Origin: Deltaproteobacteria bacterium
GTDB taxonomy: Bacteria > Desulfobacterota > Desulfobaccia > Desulfobaccales > 0-14-0-80-60-11
DNA: 64,000 bases
Reading direction: 5' to 3'
Assembly (NCBI GenBank): GCA_003599195.1
Contig: QZIZ01000019.1
Span: 14,188 to 78,187 of the forward strand
Shown here: one piece after another, positions 56,919 through 64,000 of the stretch
Position numbering within the stretch: the stretch's first letter is position 1
How the letters are laid out: the number at the start of each line of letters is the position of its first letter
The notes under the pieces: generated by a model
The model's input: the letters and a program-made list of their open reading frames with translations, nothing else
Told to the model about the DNA's origin: nothing
Databases searched by the model: none
Program-made: the position numbers and the translations under genes

Positions 56919-58406
56919 ATGGCCCTAGAGATTCGACAGAACCTGAAGCTTACCCAGACGCTCATCATGACCCAGAAGTTGCAGCAGGCCATCAAGCTGC
57001 TGCAGCTCTCCCGGCTGGAGCTCCTGGGGGAGATTCATCAAGTCCTGGAGACCAACCCGGTTCTGGAGGAGTCTCAGATCGAAGATAAAGGGGAGATGGG
57101 TCCGGAGGCGGAGAGCCTCTCCTTGTCCAAGGACGGTGAGCCCCTGGAGAGCGAGGCCAGTAACGGCACCGAGGCCAAATCAGCGGCCGAGGAATGGGAC
57201 TGGGACGGCTATTTGCAGGACCGGCTGATGCCTACCCCCACTGCCGGGGAATTCGAGGAGCGGGAAGCGGCTCCCTTTGAGAACCTGAACGCCCAGAAAA
57301 CCACCCTGAAATCCCACCTCATCTGGCAGCTGCGCATGGCCGAGTTGGACGAGGAAGCCGAGGCTATCGGCGCCATGATCATCGGCAATCTGGACCGGAA
57401 CGGCTATCTGCGGGCCACCGTCGAGGAAATCGCCGGAGAGATGAATGTCACCCCGGAACGGGTGGGGGAAGTTCTGGCGGTTATCCAGAGCCTGGATCCG
57501 CCGGGGGTGGCGGCCAGGGACCTCAAGGAATGCCTCCTTCTGCAACTCAAAGCCTCCGGCCAGCAAGACCCCGTGGTCACCGCCGTCGTCGAGCATCATC
57601 TCCATAACCTGGGGAACAAGAATTACCAGGCCATTGCCCGGGACTTGAAGGTGTCCATGGAGAAGATCTTCCAGACCAGCGAGATCATCTTCAAGCTGGA
57701 CCCCAAACCGGGCCGGGAGTTCGACTCCGAAGACGCGGACTATATCAATCCGGACGTCCACGTGCAAAAAGTGGGCAATGAATATATCATCAGCCTGAAT
57801 GAAGACGGCCTGCCCAAGCTCAAGGTGAACACCTTTTACCTGGAGGCCCTGCGCAACCCCGAGAGTCTGCCGGATAACGTCAAGAGCTACATCCAAAAAC
57901 ATCTGGACAACGCCCTGTGGTTTATCCGCAGTATTCATCAGCGCCAGAAGACTCTGTACAAGGTGACCGAAAGCATTATCCGGTTTCAGAAGGATTTTCT
58001 GGACCAGGGCCTGGCCCATCTGAGGCCTCTGACTCTGCGCCAGGTCGCGGAAGACGTGCAGATGCACGAATCCACCATCAGCCGGGTCACCACCAACAAA
58101 TATATTCACACCCCCCAGGGCGTGTTCGACCTGAAATATTTTTTTAACAGCGGCATCAATCAGATCCTGGGAGACCAGATCGCTTCGGAAAGTGTGAAGG
58201 AGAAGATCCGTCAGCTCGTGCAGGGCGAAAACCCCGAAAACCCGCTGAGCGACCAGGAGATTGCCGACCTGCTGCGGCGGGACAACGTGATCATCGCCCG
58301 GAGAACGGTGGCCAAATACCGGGGTATGCTGGGAGTGCTCCCATCCAGCAAGCGCAAGCGGCCCGGATACCGGCGCAAGAACCTGCCAGAGACTTCTCCC
58401 TCTTGA
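56919..58406 (+). CDS. rpoN: RNA polymerase sigma-54 factor
   Basis: LQQAIKLLQL, HESTISR, RpoN box ARRTVAKYR. Confidence 0.97.
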   Translation: MALEIRQNLKLTQTLIMTQKLQQAIKLLQLSRLELLGEIHQVLETNPVLEESQIEDKGEMGPEAESLSLSKDGEPLESEASNGTEAKSAAEEWDWDGYLQDRLMPTPTAGEFEEREAAPFENLNAQKTTLKSHLIWQLRMAELDEEAEAIGAMIIGNLDRNGYLRATVEEIAGEMNVTPERVGEVLAVIQSLDPPGVAARDLKECLLLQLKASGQQDPVVTAVVEHHLHNLGNKNYQAIARDLKVSMEKIFQTSEIIFKLDPKPGREFDSEDADYINPDVHVQKVGNEYIISLNEDGLPKLKVNTFYLEALRNPESLPDNVKSYIQKHLDNALWFIRSIHQRQKTLYKVTESIIRFQKDFLDQGLAHLRPLTLRQVAEDVQMHESTISRVTTNKYIHTPQGVFDLKYFFNSGINQILGDQIASESVKEKIRQLVQGENPENPLSDQEIADLLRRDNVIIARRTVAKYRGMLGVLPSSKRKRPGYRRKNLPETSPS

Positions 58407-58446
58407 TCTCCCATTATCCCTCAGGATCTACCTTTAGGAGGATAAC

Positions 58447-58968
58447 ATGCAGATTTCCGTAACTTTCAGACAACTCGAGCCTTCCGAGGCTTTGAAAAAC
58501 TATGTGACCGACCGCCTCAATAAATTCAAGCGCTATCTCGATGGCCCCGTGGAGGCCCACGTGGTACTGGGATTGGAGAAATTCCGCCATCTGGCCGACG
58601 TGACCATTGACAGCAACGGCCGGATTATCAAAGGCCGGGAAGAGAATGCCGACATGTACGCGGCCATCGATCTGGTGATGGATAAGATCGATATGCAGCT
58701 TAAAAAGCTACGGGAAAGGATGCGGGAGAAAGGCGACCGCAGCCGGCCCGCGGCCCCCGTGACGGCTGCGGAAGAGGGACCGGCTACGCCCGCGGTCAAG
58801 CGGAAAAGGGTGGAAGTGCCGGCCCTGGAACTTGCCGACGCCGTGGAAATGATGCAGCGCGGCAATGATAACCTCCTGGTCTTCACCAATGTGGCCAATG
58901 GGGCTTTAGGCATCCTCCATCGGCGGCAGGACGGGCAATTTGTGCTGGTGGAGCCGGACCTGAGTTAA
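58447..58968 (+). CDS. hpf: Ribosome hibernation promoting factor (long HPF/RaiA)
   Basis: MQISVTFRQ...DMYAAID; synteny. Confidence 0.92.
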   Translation: MQISVTFRQLEPSEALKNYVTDRLNKFKRYLDGPVEAHVVLGLEKFRHLADVTIDSNGRIIKGREENADMYAAIDLVMDKIDMQLKKLRERMREKGDRSRPAAPVTAAEEGPATPAVKRKRVEVPALELADAVEMMQRGNDNLLVFTNVANGALGILHRRQDGQFVLVEPDLS

Positions 58969-58983
58969 ATGACCTCAAATTCC

Positions 58984-59445
58984 ATGAAAATCATCGATCT
59001 TCTGGACCCCAAGCGCGTTGTGCCAAGCATGCAGGCTGCCAATAAACGGGGGGTATTGGAGGAAATGGCCGCGGTCCTGGTGAGCGGCCATCAAGAGGTA
59101 ACCCAAGCGAACGTGGTGGAGGTATTGCTGGACCGGGAGCGCCTGGGGTCCACGGGGATCGGCGACAATATCGCCATCCCCCACGGCAAGGTCCCCCAGC
59201 TTTCCAGGATGCTGCTGGCCTTCGGCCGCAGTGTTAAAGGTGTCGACTTCGACTCCATGGACGGCAAACCCTCCCATCTCTTTTTTGTGCTGCTGGCCCC
59301 GGTGAACTCCACAGGACTGCATCTCAAGGCCCTGGCCAAGATCTCCCGGATGCTCATGAGCCAGGTTTTCCGGGACAGCCTGATGAAGTCCGGGGGGCCG
59401 GAAGATATTTTAAGGCTGATTTCGGAAAAGGACGCCGAATTCTGA
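58984..59445 (+). CDS. ptsN: PTS EIIA(Ntr)
   Basis: RERLGSTGIG...AIPH, FDSMDGKP. Confidence 0.92.
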   Translation: MKIIDLLDPKRVVPSMQAANKRGVLEEMAAVLVSGHQEVTQANVVEVLLDRERLGSTGIGDNIAIPHGKVPQLSRMLLAFGRSVKGVDFDSMDGKPSHLFFVLLAPVNSTGLHLKALAKISRMLMSQVFRDSLMKSGGPEDILRLISEKDAEF

Positions 59446-59513
59446 GTTAAACGCGAACTAACAGCCATGGCCCTTTGGCGGGATCACCCCAGCCGCATGA
59501 TAAATTCTCAGCA

Positions 59514-60437
59514 ATGAGTCCGGATTCTGTGGTAAATCAAGCGCCTTCCTCCTCCTTGCCTGAATCCCTGCCTGTCCTGATCATTACCGGGGTTTCCGGT
59601 TCCGGGAAAAGCACGGTGCTCAAGGCCTTGGAGGACATCGGCTATTTCTGCGTGGACAACCTGCCCCTGCGCCTGCTGCCGCCGTTTTTGCGGGAGCAGT
59701 CCAAATCGTACCGGGAGGGCCGTAAAATCGCCCTGGTGATGGACGTCCGCACCGAGGGGTTCCTGCAGAATTACGCCCGGGTCTTTCGCCGCTTGAAGAA
59801 GCAGGGCTACCAGTTGCATCTGATTTTCCTGGAAGCCGACGAAGGGACCTTGATCCGGCGTTTCAGCCAGACCCGGCGGCAACACCCCCTGGCGGACCGG
59901 GAAAGCATCTCCCACGCCTTGCAGGAGGAACGCCGTTCCCTGGCGGGGCTCAGGCGTCTGGCCCACCGCATCATCGACAGTTCCTTCTACAGCCCCCATC
60001 AACTCCGGGAGATGATCCAGGTGGAATATTCGGAGTTGCCATCCCGGCAACGCCTGGCCCTGCACCTGATCTCGTTTTCCTATAAAAACGGGATTCCCCC
60101 GGAGGCCGACTTGGTGCTGGACGTCCGGTTTCTTCCCAATCCCTTTTTTGTGGAAGAATTAAAACCCTTCACCGGCAACGACCCCCGGGTCCGGGACTAT
60201 GTGCTGGGACAGGAGGAAACCCAGGTTTTCCTGAGGCATCTATTCGAATTTCTCGATTACCTGCTGCCTCAGTTTATTCAAGAAGGCAAAACCCATCTCA
60301 CTCTGGCCATCGGCTGCACCGGGGGGCAACACCGGTCTGTGGTCATCGCCAACGTCCTGGCGGGACACCTGACCCAAGGAAATTTACCCTTTACCCTCCA
60401 TCATCGAGAGGTGACGCCTAAGGAGAGCTATTCATGA
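59514..60437 (+). CDS. rapZ: RNase adapter RapZ
   Basis: GVSGSGKS, VDNLP, DVRFLPNP, GCTGGQHRSV. Confidence 0.95.
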   Translation: MSPDSVVNQAPSSSLPESLPVLIITGVSGSGKSTVLKALEDIGYFCVDNLPLRLLPPFLREQSKSYREGRKIALVMDVRTEGFLQNYARVFRRLKKQGYQLHLIFLEADEGTLIRRFSQTRRQHPLADRESISHALQEERRSLAGLRRLAHRIIDSSFYSPHQLREMIQVEYSELPSRQRLALHLISFSYKNGIPPEADLVLDVRFLPNPFFVEELKPFTGNDPRVRDYVLGQEETQVFLRHLFEFLDYLLPQFIQEGKTHLTLAIGCTGGQHRSVVIANVLAGHLTQGNLPFTLHHREVTPKESYS

Positions 60438-60835
60438 TCGGTATTTTACTCGTTACCCACAAGGAACTGGCCGAAGCCCTGATGTCGGTCTGCAATCTGA
60501 TCCTGGGCCGCCAGGACGCGGTTCAGGCCATTTCGCTGGATCCCCATGCCTCTCCGGAGGAGTGCCGGCAAAAGATCCAAAAGGGTTTGGCCAAGGTGAA
60601 CAACGGTAACGGCGTAATCATCCTCACGGATATGCTGGGAGGCACCCCCTCCAACCTCACCCTCACCTTTTTGCAGGAAGGCAAAGTGGAGGTGGTCACC
60701 GGCGTTAATCTCCCCATGCTGATGAAGCTGTCCCAACTCCGCGAGGAAAAAGACCTGGCCCAGGTGGCCCTGACCTTGAAGCAATACGGCCAGAAGGGCA
60801 TTACGGTGGCCAGCGAGGTTCTCCGCCATAAATGA
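60434..60835 (+). CDS. PTS mannose/fructose-type EIIA
   Basis: IGILLVTH, TDMLGGTPSN, TGVNLPML. Confidence 0.92.
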   Translation: MIGILLVTHKELAEALMSVCNLILGRQDAVQAISLDPHASPEECRQKIQKGLAKVNNGNGVIILTDMLGGTPSNLTLTFLQEGKVEVVTGVNLPMLMKLSQLREEKDLAQVALTLKQYGQKGITVASEVLRHK

Positions 60836-61313
60836 CCCGGAACCGCTGATCCGCCCTGCCGGTCTGACGGACCTCAACGGCATCTGGGCCATTGAGAAGT
60901 TATCCTTTCCCTCCCCCTGGCCCCGGTTCTCTTTTCTGGCGGAACTGGGGCACTCCCTGAGCCACACCCTGGTGGCCGCCCCCCCGCGGCCGCGGCCCCG
61001 GCAGATCTGGGGCTACCTCGTTTTCTGGGTGGTGGCCGACGAAATGCACATCCTTAATCTGGCCGTCCACCCCCAACAACGCCGCCGGGGCCTGGCCCGC
61101 CGCCTCCTGAGCGAGGGGATGGGCCACGCCCGGAGCTTGGGCGCGCGGGTAGCCTGGCTGGAAGTGCGGCCTTCCAACGATCCGGCCCGGGCGCTGTACC
61201 ATTCCTTCGGCTTCCAGGAAGTGGGCCGCCGCCCCCGTTATTACGACGATACCCAGGAAGACGCCCTGCTGTTGGCTTATTATTGGGAGGAAGAGAGAGA
61301 TAGTGATCAGTGA
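60828..61313 (+). CDS. rimI: Ribosomal-protein-alanine N-acetyltransferase; start anomalous
   Basis: Frame open from 60774: IRPAGLTDL..I..IE..SFP.PW, E.HILNLAVHP..RRRG, LEVR.SN, YY...EDA; no in-frame ATG/GTG/TTG before 60972. Confidence 0.88.
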   Translation: MNDPEPLIRPAGLTDLNGIWAIEKLSFPSPWPRFSFLAELGHSLSHTLVAAPPRPRPRQIWGYLVFWVVADEMHILNLAVHPQQRRRGLARRLLSEGMGHARSLGARVAWLEVRPSNDPARALYHSFGFQEVGRRPRYYDDTQEDALLLAYYWEEERDSDQ

Positions 61314-61366
61314 TCAGTGATCAGTGAAAAACCCACTGATTACCGACCACTGATCACTGATCACTG
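61302..61366. repeat. Inverted heptamer arrays (TCAGTGA)n / (TCACTGA)n between convergent genes
   Basis: Same family as 18453-18523. Confidence 0.8.
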
Positions 61367-61370
61367 GAAC

Positions 61371-62615
61371 TCACGGCGCGGCGCATTGGCGCGGGGGTGC
61401 GGGGTGCTCCTTCAGGAAATTCTGCACCAGCTCTTCCGGGCTGCTGTTGGGCAGGCCCGGAAAGACCTCGATGCCTTTATGCTGGATCAGGCCCTGGGCT
61501 TTCTCCCCCAGGCCCGCGGCGATGAGGTGGGTGACCCCCAGGTCCTCCAGGATTTCGGGGATGCCTCCGGGCTCATGCGCAGGGGTGGCGATGGTCTCCT
61601 GATCGACGATGGCCCCGTCTTTGACGGTCAGCAAGGCAAAATGTTGGGCCTGGTTGAACTTGGCGGCCAACTTGCCGTCCTCCAGGGGCAGGGCGAACTT
61701 CCAGACCCCCGGCTCCCGCCGGGACGCGGTGGGGGAGAGGACCTCCGTCAGGTAATCGACAATGGGGTGCAGAGCCTGGAAGAAGGGGCTTTCGGCTTCC
61801 GGCAGTTGGATGAGTTCGCCTTGGTCCGCGGCCTCCACCACCTTGGGGTCGAAGGGCAGCGCGCCCAGGAAGGGCACCTTGGCGGCCTGCGCGGTCTTTC
61901 CGGCGCCGCCGCTTTTGAACAAAGGCACCGCTTCGCCGCAGTGGGGGCAGCGGTAGCCGCTCATGTTTTCCACCAGCCCCAGCATATCCATGTTGATCTT
62001 CTGGCAGAAATTGATGGATTTGCGCACGTCCGCCAGGGAGATTTCCTGGGGGGTGGTGACGATCAAGGCGTGGGCCTCGGGGATGGTTTGGGCCACGCTC
62101 ATGGGTTCGTCGCCGGTGCCGGGAGGCGCGTCGATCACCAGGTAATCGAGAGGCCCCCAGACCACCTCGGTCAAGAACTGGCGGATAAGCTGGTGTTTCA
62201 GGGGCCCCCGCCAGATCACCGCCATTTCCCGGTTTTTCATCAGCATCTCGATGGACACCACCCGCAGGTTGTCGAAGAGGTCCGGGGGCAGTTGAAACTG
62301 GGCGTGCATCAGGTCCAGGGGGTCTTTCAGGCCCAGCATCCTGAGCACGTTGGGGCCGTGGAGGTCCACGTCCATCAGGCCCACCCGGTAACCCCGGCGG
62401 GCCAGGGCCAGGGCCAGGCTTACGGCCACGCTGCTTTTGCCCACGCCGCCTTTGCCGCTCATCACCAGGATTTTGTGGCGGATCTGCTTCAGGGTGCGGT
62501 TGAGTTCTTTATCATCGGATTCTCCGGGGTGCTGCTGCCCGGGGGCGCAGCCGGAACAGGACTTGGGGTCGGCGCCGCAGCTCTTGGGATCGGCGCCGGA
62601 AGGACAGTCGGTCAT
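61371..62615 (-). CDS. Mrp/NBP35 (ApbC) Fe-S carrier ATPase fused to NifB/NifX-like domain
   Basis: SGKGGVGKS, DVDLHGP, DAPPGTGDE, ENMS...CPHC; C-terminal FeMo-cofactor-binding-like domain. Confidence 0.92.
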   Translation of the reverse strand: MTDCPSGADPKSCGADPKSCSGCAPGQQHPGESDDKELNRTLKQIRHKILVMSGKGGVGKSSVAVSLALALARRGYRVGLMDVDLHGPNVLRMLGLKDPLDLMHAQFQLPPDLFDNLRVVSIEMLMKNREMAVIWRGPLKHQLIRQFLTEVVWGPLDYLVIDAPPGTGDEPMSVAQTIPEAHALIVTTPQEISLADVRKSINFCQKINMDMLGLVENMSGYRCPHCGEAVPLFKSGGAGKTAQAAKVPFLGALPFDPKVVEAADQGELIQLPEAESPFFQALHPIVDYLTEVLSPTASRREPGVWKFALPLEDGKLAAKFNQAQHFALLTVKDGAIVDQETIATPAHEPGGIPEILEDLGVTHLIAAGLGEKAQGLIQHKGIEVFPGLPNSSPEELVQNFLKEHPAPPRQCAAP

Positions 62616-62913
62616 AACTTAATATCTCCTCGAAAAAATAATCGTTTGGAAACCTGGAAAGATTAATGAACCAATGATCATTAAACCCTATCTATATATT
62701 TAATACCTAAAAATTAATTCCCGCAAGGGTTTTGGGAAAAACCTGAGGCGGGGGAGGCGGGAATGGGCATGGACGTTGGGGGAGCGGCCTGAACCGGCGT
62801 TAATCGGCGATAACATATCTATCCGCCGATTGACGGCCCGCCTACGAAAAATGTCGTTTGATTGAGAGTTGGCATTAATCGATTTGAACCGACTGCAATT
62901 ATTACCCTAACCC

Positions 62914-63113
62914 CAATGCTGTTCACTTTAGCAACTTTTGGAGGCAATGGCATTGTCCATCATACGTTTTTGTCATTCTGAACGGAGCGAAGCGGAGTGA
63001 AGAATCTCTGTTTTCACGCGAAGTTAGAGATTCTTCGGTCGCCTACGGCTCCCTCAGAATGACAAGAAAAAAAGAATATCGCCTTACCTCAGGGGCTTAA
63101 GTGAACAGCATTG
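62914..63113. mobile_element. 200-bp MITE
   Basis: Perfect 15-bp TIR CAATGCTGTTCACTT / AAGTGAACAGCATTG, ACCC directly on both flanks, internal TGTCATTCTGA...TCAGAATGACA palindrome, no ORF. Confidence 0.75.
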
Positions 63114-63137
63114 ACCCAGATCCCTGACCCCTGATCC

Positions 63138-64000
63138 CTAACTAGGCCGCCGGTAGCGGATGTCGAACTCGAAATTGGGGAAGCGCCGGGGCAGGCGCAT
63201 GAGGTTGAAAACCATGACGCCCACGGCCATCCGGTCCCACCAGGAAGACATGGGCCAGCCCAGGTGGACGAGCACCTTCCGGTCCGGGAACTCGTACTCC
63301 ACCACCTTCAACAGGCTGACAATGCGTTGGTAGAGGCTGATTTTGGTGAGAGGAAAACGGAAGTGGTTGGCCGCGGTCTTGGGGGGGATGCCCGCCCGGG
63401 GAGAGTAGAAGGTGATATAGGCCTCATTTCTCCGGTCTGCAGTCAGACCCGGCTCTTCGGAGCGCCGGAAAAAGAGGTGAATCTCCGGGGCCTCGCTTTC
63501 CGCCAGATATAGGATCATCTCCATTTCCGAGTCCGCCTGGGCGATCTGTTTCAGCTCCGGGGCCCGCTTTCTGGCCACCAGGAATCCCAGCAGCAGCAGC
63601 AGGGCGGTAACTGTGCCCCAAAGCATGGTGGCGTAATGTTTTTCATAAGCCAGGAAGATAAAGGAACTGGCGAGAATGATCCACAAAACCAGGGTCCCCA
63701 GGCGGCTGGTGTAATATTTGACGTCCTTGGTACCCACGAAATAGCGGTAGATGATGAGAGCGCCGGTGTTGATGGCGAAACTGGCCACAATCCCCAGGGC
63801 GTACATATCCGCCAGCAGGGATTGGCTGCCTGCGGTGAGAAGGATGATGCCGGAGAAAAAGGTGGCGTTCAGGATGTGGATGCGATAGAGGGACTGGCGG
63901 CGGTTGGTGGCGATAAGCCAGAAGAAGCCGTAGCGGTGGGCCACCCGCTCCATCAGTTCGCTGGAGGCCACGAACGCGGTGTTGATGGCCATGGCCAGGG
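63138..64000 (-). CDS. APC-family permease, C-terminal part (5' end outside window)
   Basis: AINTAFVAS, LADMYALG, several TM helices plus soluble C-terminal domain. Confidence 0.75.
   Translation of the reverse strand, partial: LAMAINTAFVASSELMERVAHRYGFFWLIATNRRQSLYRIHILNATFFSGIILLTAGSQSLLADMYALGIVASFAINTGALIIYRYFVGTKDVKYYTSRLGTLVLWIILASSFIFLAYEKHYATMLWGTVTALLLLLGFLVARKRAPELKQIAQADSEMEMILYLAESEAPEIHLFFRRSEEPGLTADRRNEAYITFYSPRAGIPPKTAANHFRFPLTKISLYQRIVSLLKVVEYEFPDRKVLVHLGWPMSSWWDRMAVGVMVFNLMRLPRRFPNFEFDIRYRRPS

Noticed and set aside
61317-62666. 449-aa plus-strand ORF (likewise 25954-26991, 35383-36510, 57180-58109)
   Set aside because: Antisense shadows of well-supported genes, typical of high-GC codon bias

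Overview
GC-rich bacterial chromosome segment; gene content suggests Desulfobacterota/deltaproteobacteria. The main result is a selenoprotein-rich region that the ORF track breaks apart. An apparent ArsR-controlled operon (1417-6418) holds trxB, arsR, four genes with five in-frame TGA codons, and a TVP38 gene. The four are a LULAEC protein, a rhodanese(U-x4-U)-DsbD-thioredoxin fusion and two tandem thioredoxin-like paralogs. An ArsM-like methyltransferase on the minus strand has one clear and one possible Sec. Five of the six clear TGAs, plus the possible one, have a GG-loop hairpin about 22-26 nt downstream (SECIS-like). The window also holds: a second ArsR module with Cys-rich microproteins and DsrE; TatA/TatB proteins with zinc ribbons; housekeeping genes (prfB, nfi, thiL, rarA, dnaJ, era, purM, split purH); an ~18 kb, probably sulfated exopolysaccharide locus containing a di-heme peroxidase; the kdsC-lptCAB-rpoN-hpf-ptsN-rapZ cluster interrupted by an AT-rich foreign gene; a 200-bp MITE; and many intergenic 7/8-mer repeat and REP-like elements. 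No rRNA, tRNA, CRISPR array or transposase was seen.
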